Shown here: piece after piece, positions 25,111-31,935 of the stretch
Position numbering within the stretch: position 1 is the first letter of the stretch
Layout of the letters: every line of letters starts with the position of its first letter
Virus record (IMG/VR): IMGVR_UViG_3300025018_000280
Coordinates: 1-39,291 of that record
Strand: one strand, 5' to 3'
Length of the DNA: 39,291 nucleotides
Origin: a virus
Taxonomy: Duplodnaviria > Caudoviricetes
The notes under the pieces: model-generated
What the model saw: the letters and a program-made list of their open reading frames with translations, nothing else
Told to the model about the DNA's origin: nothing
Database searches by the model: none
Position numbers and translations under genes: made by a program

Positions 25111-25405
25111 TGGTGTATCTTAATGATTTAGTTATTGTTTCTTCTGCTAGTCCGTCTTGTATGGCTAAATTTTCATTAAGTTTAATCTGATTTTTCATTT
25201 TATTTATTTTTTCTTGCAACTCATCATCAAACTTATATGTTTTTTTTTCTACCACCGAGAAAGTTCCGAAGTCTGACTCTGCTTTTACTATCCCCTCTTT
25301 TTCAAGTTCGTCTAATACTTGTTTGTTTAGCTCGTCTTCTTCTTGTTTGAGTGCTTTCATCTCATTTTTGATTTGAGCATATCTTACAAAAATTTGTTTG
25401 TTCAT
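25097..25405 (-). CDS. Gp157/Gam-like coiled-coil protein
   Basis: Coiled coil then GTFSVVEKKTYKF; recombination cluster. Confidence 0.5.
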   Translation of the reverse strand: MNKQIFVRYAQIKNEMKALKQEEDELNKQVLDELEKEGIVKAESDFGTFSVVEKKTYKFDDELQEKINKMKNQIKLNENLAIQDGLAEETITKSLRYTNAKN

Positions 25406-25406
25406 T

Positions 25407-25937
25407 TTAAAAATTTATAGTTTTATTAGTTACCTTTGTTTGTTCTTCTACTGTTTTACTTCCGTCAAAAGGTTCATCGCCAAAATTTGGTATTGTCTTT
25501 ACTTCTGGCTTTCTACCACCAAATACTTTTTTCTTTTCAATTTTTTTTCCGTCTTGACTATCAAAATCTAGGTTATTGTCTTTAATTTGGAATACTTTCA
25601 TCTTGATATATCTTTCAGAATAGGTATCTGTTCCACCCATTTGTTGGGTTTCGTTAGTGGCTTTGATTGAGCCGTGCTTAGTTCTCATCTCAAAGTAAAT
25701 TTCTTCGCTACTGTCTAAGTCTATGAAAGTAAGTGTTTGAAATAAGCCGTGTTCGTCTGCCTTTAAATTACATAAGACAATAGTGTTAGTTTTTTCACAA
25801 GCATTATCTACTAACTGCTCCACCTGTTCGGGGGTGAAATAGTCAAACTTTGAGTAATTGTTTCTACCAGATTTTTTAATGTTTGAGTTTTTAATTTCTG
25901 CTCTTGCCTTTTTTAGTTTTAATAAAGCATTTTTCAT
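25407..25937 (-). CDS. erf: ERF-family ssDNA annealing protein
   Basis: IKKSGRNNYSKFDY, QQMGGTDTYSERY, F.I...DFD. Confidence 0.85.
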   Translation of the reverse strand: MKNALLKLKKARAEIKNSNIKKSGRNNYSKFDYFTPEQVEQLVDNACEKTNTIVLCNLKADEHGLFQTLTFIDLDSSEEIYFEMRTKHGSIKATNETQQMGGTDTYSERYIKMKVFQIKDNNLDFDSQDGKKIEKKKVFGGRKPEVKTIPNFGDEPFDGSKTVEEQTKVTNKTINF

Positions 25938-25938
25938 T

Positions 25939-26052
25939 TTAGTAGTAGATTATTGTGTTAATTAGTGCCATTATTACTGGGACTACTATTATTGACCAAG
26001 CCCAGTAGTGGTGTAGTGTTGGTTGTTTCCAGCCAGTTTGGTATTTTTTCAT
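25939..26052 (-). CDS. 37-aa membrane peptide (not in ORF track)
   Basis: MKKYQTGWKQPTLHHYWAWSIIVVPVIMALINTIIYY; fills the gap between neighbours. Confidence 0.5.
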   Translation of the reverse strand: MKKYQTGWKQPTLHHYWAWSIIVVPVIMALINTIIYY

Positions 26053-26056
26053 ATAT

Positions 26057-26746
26057 TTAGTTTTTATAACTATTAACTTCGTTTATATACTCATCACTCT
26101 CAATTATTCTATTTTTAATTGATGGCTCAATTTCGTATGCTTTATTAAAGAAATTCCAAGCTATGGTTATATCACCATTAGACAATCTTAAATAATCCTT
26201 AATTCTTATAACATAATCTTCATATAATTCTTTTCTTTCCTTTGCTTCTGCTATTTTAGAATAAATATTATCTACTATCTCTTGTGATTTTTCATTCTGC
26301 TCATCATACTCTTCTTTTAATTTATTATATGCATCTTCAATTTTTTTATTTGAAGATAAAATATTAGTAATAGAGTTATAAACTTCTTCAGAATATACTT
26401 GTTTAACATCTACCTCTGTTAAACTACCCTCAAAGGGTTTAGCATACTTTTTATCACTTCCATAATTGTAATTATAATTTACATTTAATGCCAATGGAGA
26501 TTTACTATTAACAAGTTTTACAATTTCTTCTGCTGTTTCTAGATTATCAAAATAAAATCCGAATGCTCCATAAACAGTCAAATCTGGTTTTGGTATTTCT
26601 CTATATTCTGGAATTTCTGGACATTTAATAATCCTAATTCCAGTTTCTGCTTTTTTGAGTTTAATATAAAACTCAATTTGCTCTTCTGTTAAATCAAGCA
26701 ATTCTTTATCATTTAATTGATCAAATGTTTTTTCGTTTGGGTTCAT
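26057..26746 (-). CDS. Hypothetical protein
   Basis: 229 aa intact ORF. Confidence 0.8.
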   Translation of the reverse strand: MNPNEKTFDQLNDKELLDLTEEQIEFYIKLKKAETGIRIIKCPEIPEYREIPKPDLTVYGAFGFYFDNLETAEEIVKLVNSKSPLALNVNYNYNYGSDKKYAKPFEGSLTEVDVKQVYSEEVYNSITNILSSNKKIEDAYNKLKEEYDEQNEKSQEIVDNIYSKIAEAKERKELYEDYVIRIKDYLRLSNGDITIAWNFFNKAYEIEPSIKNRIIESDEYINEVNSYKN

Positions 26747-26780
26747 AATTTTGTTTTATTTATTATTATTTTTATTTTAT

Positions 26781-26885
26781 TTATCTATCAGGGTAATCAT
26801 CACCCCACTCTTCGTAACAATCAAGACATCTGTTTGGGTTGTCGCTTTCTTCGGTGATTTCTTCACCGCATAGGATACATTTCAT
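26781..26885 (-). CDS. 34-aa Zn-finger peptide (not in ORF track)
   Basis: MKCILCGEE...RCLDCYEE. Confidence 0.5.
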   Translation of the reverse strand: MKCILCGEEITEESDNPNRCLDCYEEWGDDYPDR

Positions 26886-26890
26886 ATATT

Positions 26891-27265
26891 TTATTTTATT
26901 AGTTCTGGGTTTTTAAATTTATTACCATAAACAAAATACCTTTCAAAAATTTTATCTTTTAAATCAAAATATAATTCATTACACGCCATCCAGGTTCCTT
27001 GTTTGTTTTGATAAACTTCATAATAATATTCTTGGTCATCGTCAATACCTTTGACTGCCATAATATCCCCCTCATAAATCTCCTTGCCGTTTTTGTCTTT
27101 AAGTCCTGTGTATTGCATTAAGATTGCCCCACTATGTCCTTCTCTTTCGCATAAATCATCATTATCAGCCATAACTGCACACCTTTCTAAATCTATCCAA
27201 ATATCATTTACCATTTCTCCCCCATCACCATAGGGATACCAAACTCTAAATTTTATTTCTCTCAT
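26891..27265 (-). CDS. yopX: YopX family protein
   Basis: MREIKFRVW...LMQYTGLKDKNGKEIYEGDI...GN..KNPELI. Confidence 0.92.
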   Translation of the reverse strand: MREIKFRVWYPYGDGGEMVNDIWIDLERCAVMADNDDLCEREGHSGAILMQYTGLKDKNGKEIYEGDIMAVKGIDDDQEYYYEVYQNKQGTWMACNELYFDLKDKIFERYFVYGNKFKNPELIK

Positions 27266-27280
27266 ATATTTTTATTTTAT

Positions 27281-27502
27281 TTATACTACCCACTCACCAT
27301 TACTGTCTTGATATGCTCCGTGCTGTTCTGCCCAGCTCATCTCTTCATCGTAGGTTTTAAAACTTTCTATTGATCTTTCTAAATACTCTTTGGAGTAGTC
27401 GCTACCTCTTGGCTCATCTACTACCTCTGATAGCATAATGCTTTCCCTGTATGGCAGTGCCATTGCCCATTTAAGTTTTTCTGCTTGTTTAAAAATATTC
27501 AT
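27281..27502 (-). CDS. Hypothetical protein
   Basis: 73 aa ORF with A/T-rich leader. Confidence 0.65.
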   Translation of the reverse strand: MNIFKQAEKLKWAMALPYRESIMLSEVVDEPRGSDYSKEYLERSIESFKTYDEEMSWAEQHGAYQDSNGEWVV

Positions 27503-27516
27503 ATTATTTTATTTTA

Positions 27517-27615
27517 TTATTCTTCTTCTAAACTCTCTTGCTCTTCTATCCACTCTTCTTTATTGGATTTGTGAGCATGCCATTTAGCTAATTGTTCTGG
27601 TGTTGGGTTTTCCAT
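27517..27615 (-). CDS. 32-aa acidic peptide (not in ORF track)
   Basis: MENPTPEQLAKWHAHKSNKEEWIEEQESLEEE; first ORF after promoter. Confidence 0.45.
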   Translation of the reverse strand: MENPTPEQLAKWHAHKSNKEEWIEEQESLEEE

Positions 27616-27643
27616 ATGGTTTTGTTTTATTTATTATATTATA

Positions 27644-27672
27644 ATTGTATAACATATAAATATATGTGTAAA
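27644..27672 (-). promoter_or_regulatory. Sigma70-type promoter with palindromic spacer
   Basis: TTTACA-17 nt-TACAAT; ACATATA-AA-TATATGT at 27652-27667. Confidence 0.65.
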
Positions 27673-27681
27673 GTGTTAAAT

Positions 27682-27709
27682 GGTGTCTATAATTTGGCTT
27701 ATTTTAGCT
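27682..27709 (+). other. dif-like Xer recombination site
   Basis: GGTGTCTATAA-TTTGGC-TTATTTTAGCT, 11-6-11 layout; 8/11 match to each E. coli dif arm. Confidence 0.45.
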
Positions 27710-27734
27710 AAGTGATTTTGACTTATCCCCAACC

Positions 27735-28004
27735 TTACATAAAAAGTAAATTACTTTTATCTAAATGCTTTTTTATTTCTTCAAACGGCATTTTTGAATA
27801 ATGTATCATATTTAGAAAACCAATAAGCTCAAACATTACTTGCTTTTCAAGTTTAGTCATTGTGCCGTTTTTGAAGTTAAACATCTTATTTGCGATATTA
27901 GTTTCTATTTCGTTTATTATTTCTAACTTCTGCGATTGCTTTAGAGTTAGTTTTCCTTTAGCTACTGATAGACACTCACCGACTTTGTATGGTTTAGTTT
28001 TCAT
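27735..28004 (-). CDS. Hypothetical protein
   Basis: 89 aa; ATGA overlap. Confidence 0.7.
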   Translation of the reverse strand: MKTKPYKVGECLSVAKGKLTLKQSQKLEIINEIETNIANKMFNFKNGTMTKLEKQVMFELIGFLNMIHYSKMPFEEIKKHLDKSNLLFM

Positions 28005-28501
28005 AAAAATTTAATATAGACACTGCCATCAATCCAGTATCCTCGCCGTCTGTATTTAGATTTCATCGTCATCAATTTTTTGTCCGTAGGCGACCATTTT
28101 AATTTTCCGACACTTTTTTGCCACCCGCCAAAAATATCACCGGAAGTGTCTTTTATAAATTCAACCTTTTTGCCGTCATATTTTTTATCGCTTTCAATTC
28201 TTGAAAAACCCATCTCCGCCAGTTTAGCTAATTGTTCTTTTTCCTTTTGTTCTCTAACTCTTTGATTATTCAAATACCACGCTGTTTCTAAAACTCTAAT
28301 TTCCAATTCTGACAATTCATCATCTCCTCTTAAAATCGGCATACACTTAAATTTCATTCCGTCTTGTAATTTATATTCTTCGGATTGAAAAATATAATCC
28401 AATTCTTTAATGTTTTCTCTTATCCAATCCCAACCATTACAACCGACATTATTGTAGCCGTTCTTAATAGCATTATTGATAAATATTTTTTTAGTTTTCA
28501 T
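28001..28501 (-). CDS. Hypothetical protein
   Basis: Likely start MKTKKIF at 28501. Confidence 0.7.
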   Translation of the reverse strand: MKTKKIFINNAIKNGYNNVGCNGWDWIRENIKELDYIFQSEEYKLQDGMKFKCMPILRGDDELSELEIRVLETAWYLNNQRVREQKEKEQLAKLAEMGFSRIESDKKYDGKKVEFIKDTSGDIFGGWQKSVGKLKWSPTDKKLMTMKSKYRRRGYWIDGSVYIKFL

Positions 28502-28739
28502 ATTGTTTATAATAATCAGGCACATCTTCGTTATCAAACCACAAAGATATACACGGGTATTCTTTTCCTAGAAAAGTATATTTAACCAATTCTGGTTTGT
28601 CATATCCTAAACAAACTCCATCATAATTTTCGTCTTCGTATAATTCCACAAATCTTTTAGTATCTTCTTCTGGATTTTCTGTGAAGATATAGACAGTTGT
28701 ATTTTTAATTATTACTTGTTTAATTTTATCGTTTTTCAT
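28491..28739 (-). CDS. Hypothetical protein
   Basis: 82 aa ORF. Confidence 0.65.
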   Translation of the reverse strand: MKNDKIKQVIIKNTTVYIFTENPEEDTKRFVELYEDENYDGVCLGYDKPELVKYTFLGKEYPCISLWFDNEDVPDYYKQYEN

Positions 28740-28834
28740 ATAAGTTTTATGTTAGTTAGTATATTTCATCACCTTTAGCATATAAATCGCTTAGAACGCA
28801 GTTTTTGGGCTGTGGGGTGGTGTTTAGAGGTGGT

Positions 28835-29005
28835 TTATAATAAATTATATTGTATTGGTTTAGAGTTAATATGTTGTTCTTTTAAATAATATTCCGCTTG
28901 GCATTCAGAACATCTAACTTTATTTTGATAATCTACCATAATGATTTTTGCCTCACCACCGCAGAATTTACATTTAATTGATTGTCCTTGTTTGGTTTTT
29001 TCCAT
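28835..29005 (-). CDS. 56-aa Zn-ribbon protein (not in ORF track)
   Basis: KCKFCGGEA...VRCSECQA. Confidence 0.55.
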   Translation of the reverse strand: MEKTKQGQSIKCKFCGGEAKIIMVDYQNKVRCSECQAEYYLKEQHINSKPIQYNLL

Positions 29006-29006
29006 A

Positions 29007-29153
29007 TTATTTCGTGTTTATTTTCTTCTCTGAAGTTGATGTATTCGGTTGTGCTTCTGTAATAGACAAATTTTTTTTCTTTAATCCAGATAGTGAGTTT
29101 GTAATAATCTTGTAATACCATCTTTGTTTAATTATTTCTTTTATGTGTTTCAT
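29007..29153 (-). CDS. 48-aa basic protein (not in ORF track)
   Basis: ATGA overlap with dnaB stop; MKHIKEIIKQRWYY. Confidence 0.45.
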   Translation of the reverse strand: MKHIKEIIKQRWYYKIITNSLSGLKKKNLSITEAQPNTSTSEKKINTK

Positions 29154-30418
29154 TTTATTATTATTCTTTCTATTATTTGCATTTTTAAAGTTTTTCTATC
29201 AAAGTCTATTTCAAACCATTTATCTTTTTCACTATCACGAGACTTTGATATAGTTAACCATAATTTCTTTTCTGGTTCTTCTGTTATTGATTTTTTTTCT
29301 TCTGTTTTTTCAACAAGTGTCAGAGCTATATCTGCTTCGTTTGCTAAATCTTTGCTCCAAGCAACTGATATAACATCAGTTGAATTACTTTTAGCACTTG
29401 CCTTATCCATTTGTGCAGGTGATATTATTGGGACTTGATATGTTAGAGCAAAATTTTTAAGTGTTCTAGCCATATGACCTATTCTCATTGTTTCACTGTC
29501 CCACCCACTATCTGAAAGTCTTTGAATATAATCAATCATTACAATATCTACATCTCCATTTATTTTTCTCTTGTATATTTCTGACATTACATCTTGAGTA
29601 GTAATAGACCCTTTATCAATTATTGTTAATGGTAGCTTTTTATATTTTTCTGTTGTTTCCCATAACATTTCTTTTTCATATTCGCCAGTTCTTATTTTCA
29701 TCGCATCGTGTTTGCCAAGTATTGATATTATTTTATTGTTTAATTGTTTTTCTGACATTTCAAGAGAAAAGAATAAAACCTTTTTTCCTTCAAGTATTAG
29801 ATTAACTGCCATATTAAGCAAAAAAGTTGTTTTACCAATGTTTGTGTTAGCAAGTATAAGCATTAATTCTGTTCCGGATAAACCACCAATTACTTTATCA
29901 AGTTCTGGTAATCCAGTTTTATATTTTATTGTTTCAACAACTCCGTATTCTTCATACCATTTACCAGCCATTAATGGATTAGTATTTATGGTGTATTTTT
30001 CATTAGCAGTAAATAAAAGTTTTTTAAGTGGTTCTATTGATTTTGAATATTCTTTTTCTTCATACATTTTATCCATTACCTCGGAGCATCTTTTTATAGC
30101 TTCTCGTTTTAGATATTTGTCTTTTATTATTTCGGCATACTTTTCTGGATTACCACCTATTCCGTTTGCTAGGGTTACTAAATAACTTCTACCACCAACA
30201 TCTTTTATGTGTTCTCCTAATTGTTCTGATAATGTTATTAAGTCAATATTATTTCCATTTTGTGAAAGTTCTAGCATACAGAAAAATATTTTCTCGTGTG
30301 CTTTAAAATAAAAGTATTCTGGTAATATTTTTATTTTGTTAATATTGTCTTTGTCTAAAAATATTGAAGTTAAAAGACTTTGTTCTACTTCTTTTGATTG
30401 TGGTGGTAATTTTTCCAT
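29150..30418 (-). CDS. dnaB: Replicative DnaB-like helicase
   Basis: LPPQSKEVEQSLL, TGLPELDKVIGG, ANTNIGKT, FSLEM, IDYIQ, KSR. Confidence 0.93.
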   Translation of the reverse strand: MEKLPPQSKEVEQSLLTSIFLDKDNINKIKILPEYFYFKAHEKIFFCMLELSQNGNNIDLITLSEQLGEHIKDVGGRSYLVTLANGIGGNPEKYAEIIKDKYLKREAIKRCSEVMDKMYEEKEYSKSIEPLKKLLFTANEKYTINTNPLMAGKWYEEYGVVETIKYKTGLPELDKVIGGLSGTELMLILANTNIGKTTFLLNMAVNLILEGKKVLFFSLEMSEKQLNNKIISILGKHDAMKIRTGEYEKEMLWETTEKYKKLPLTIIDKGSITTQDVMSEIYKRKINGDVDIVMIDYIQRLSDSGWDSETMRIGHMARTLKNFALTYQVPIISPAQMDKASAKSNSTDVISVAWSKDLANEADIALTLVEKTEEKKSITEEPEKKLWLTISKSRDSEKDKWFEIDFDRKTLKMQIIERIIIK

Positions 30419-30440
30419 ACAAGCATTTATGGTTGATTAA

Positions 30441-31238
30441 TTATATTTTTAAAATTGAGTTCCAGTTTTTAACTACTCCTCCTAGTCCAAAAGATATATT
30501 TTCTTTTTCACAATATTTTTTCCAAACATCAATCCGACCTTTGATCTCTGTTTCTGCTTTTTCTTCTCCAACATCTTCGCAGGCTTTTTCCCAAAGTTCT
30601 TTAATATCTGGAAAATATCTTAGAACATTACCACTTTCACCCTTTAAACCCATAAAATGTATAACTATACGAGAATATTGTTTTCTCTTATTTTTGTGTT
30701 TTTTTGGAGTTTTAACATCTAAGTCCTCATAAGTTAATTCTTCCATATTAATTGGTTTATTATTAAAAAAATATGTGTCTGGCGATTTATCGCCCAATAT
30801 ATAATTAGAATTAGAATTAGAATTAGAATTAGAATTAGAATGCGATATGGTATCTATACCGTATCCAATTTGTCTATATTTATCTAAATTTAGCAAATTA
30901 GTTATATTTTGTGGTATATTCTCTAATTCTGCTTTTATACCAGATTGTATTTTTGGAGAACGATAATTTTGGTGTTTTATAAAGTTTAATATTATTACCC
31001 AACCATCTCTATAATATACTTTTTTAGAATTTTCAAATCTTTTTAATATTTCATTTACCACACTTATTTCAAGACCAGTGGCTCTACCTATTGTTCCTTT
31101 ACTTAATTCATAACAACCAACAATATTTGTCATTGGGTTTGTTAATAAGTAAATAAAAAAAAGCTTTTCTATTGGGTCTAATTGGTTAAACCAAGCGTCT
31201 TCCCATACCTTAGTATTAATCATTCTTTGTTTTGCCAT
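30441..31238 (-). CDS. Phage replication initiator / replisome organiser
   Basis: MAKQRMINTKVWEDAWF...LFFIYLLTN winged-helix N-terminus, NFIKHQ, SN linker; upstream of dnaB; start moved to ATG 31238. Confidence 0.8.
   Translation of the reverse strand: MAKQRMINTKVWEDAWFNQLDPIEKLFFIYLLTNPMTNIVGCYELSKGTIGRATGLEISVVNEILKRFENSKKVYYRDGWVIILNFIKHQNYRSPKIQSGIKAELENIPQNITNLLNLDKYRQIGYGIDTISHSNSNSNSNSNSNYILGDKSPDTYFFNNKPINMEELTYEDLDVKTPKKHKNKRKQYSRIVIHFMGLKGESGNVLRYFPDIKELWEKACEDVGEEKAETEIKGRIDVWKKYCEKENISFGLGGVVKNWNSILKI
30781..30840. repeat. (TTAGAA)x6 tandem repeat plus GGCGATTTATCGCC palindrome, candidate origin region
   Basis: Six copies at 30805-30840 encode SNSN linker; palindrome at 30781-30794. 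Confidence 0.7.
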
Positions 31239-31248
31239 AGTTTTAAAA

Positions 31249-31356
31249 CTAAATACCAAAAAAGGTGTAGCTACTGACACAAGGTTCGCAAAAACCTGTT
31301 GTATAACTACACCTTTTCTGGCAATTAATAAATTGTTTTTTGCGATTTTGTGTCAT
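31249..31356 (-). promoter_or_regulatory. uORF (35 aa) with alternative RNA structures in the initiator leader
   Basis: ATG 31356 to TAG 31249; 18-bp stem 31304-31321/31256-31273; loop complementary to 31337-31355. Confidence 0.65.
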
Positions 31357-31375
31357 ATTTTTATATTACTATTTA

Positions 31376-31404
31376 ATTGTATCACACCTAAATTTATTTG
31401 TCAA
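31376..31404 (-). promoter_or_regulatory. Strong sigma70-type promoter of replication operon
   Basis: TTGACA-17 nt-TACAAT with extended -10 TG. Confidence 0.8.
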
Positions 31405-31407
31405 ATC

Positions 31408-31632
31408 TTAACTGTTAAACTCTATATAGACTTTGTTCATCTTATCCTCTAAAAAAAGTATTTCACCAGCAAGTTTATCGGCTGAGTTAACAATACTCTT
31501 ATAGTGCCAATTTTTTAGCCTTTTCTCGTAGTCCATACCACTATACCACTCTATCTTATCAATTAACTGCTGTAACTTATATTTAGTTAGCTTATAGTCA
31601 TCAGCTATAATTGCGTAATTTTTTGTAAACAT
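31408..31632 (-). CDS. Hypothetical early protein
   Basis: 74 aa with own promoter. Confidence 0.65.
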   Translation of the reverse strand: MFTKNYAIIADDYKLTKYKLQQLIDKIEWYSGMDYEKRLKNWHYKSIVNSADKLAGEILFLEDKMNKVYIEFNS

Positions 31633-31644
31633 AGCTTTTTATTT

Positions 31645-31673
31645 ATTATATTACTTTAAAATAAAATTGGCAA
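31645..31673 (-). promoter_or_regulatory. Sigma70-type promoter
   Basis: TTGCCA-17 nt-TATAAT. Confidence 0.65.
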
Positions 31674-31700
31674 ATAAAAACTTCAGCTCTTTGTTTTACC

Positions 31701-31722
31701 CCGTTCACAAATTTGTGAACGG
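31701..31722. repeat. Perfect 22-bp palindrome
   Basis: CCGTTCACAAATTTGTGAACGG. Confidence 0.9.
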
Positions 31723-31732
31723 CAAAGTGGAT

Positions 31733-31770
31733 AAAAAAAGAACCACCGAGCTTTCGCCAAGTGGTCTTTT
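31733..31770 (-). terminator. Intrinsic terminator of late operon
   Basis: Minus strand ACCACTTGGC-GAAA-GCTCGGTGGT then TCTTTTTTT. Confidence 0.75.
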
Positions 31771-31790
31771 ATATTGTGGTTTTATTACAA

Positions 31791-31934
31791 TTATCCCTCA
31801 CCAAAATCATATTGAGTATTCCAAGAATTGCCGTTTCTATCTACAAAATCAGGAACAACAATATGTAAAAAGAAACTTATACAAAGACAAACCACAAAAA
31901 AATAAAATATTTGTTTTAGTGAATTATCAATCAT
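31791..31934 (-). CDS. 47-aa membrane protein (not in ORF track)
   Basis: MIDNSLKQIFYFFVVCLCISFFLHIVVPDF...; starts 1 nt after ejection gene stop. Confidence 0.55.
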   Translation of the reverse strand: MIDNSLKQIFYFFVVCLCISFFLHIVVPDFVDRNGNSWNTQYDFGEG

Positions 31935-31935
31935 T

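Noticed and set aside
28795-28834. G-rich intergenic stretch as G-quadruplex or Chi-like signal
   Set aside because: Too few long G-runs and no second copy noticed; insufficient support
28933-29121. 62-aa ORF from the track
   Set aside because: Overlaps two better-packed ORFs (29007..29153 coupled to dnaB; Zn-ribbon 28835..29005); not fully excluded
30805-30840. CRISPR array or telomere-like repeat
   Set aside because: Spacer-less hexamer repeat encoding the SN linker typical of phage initiators
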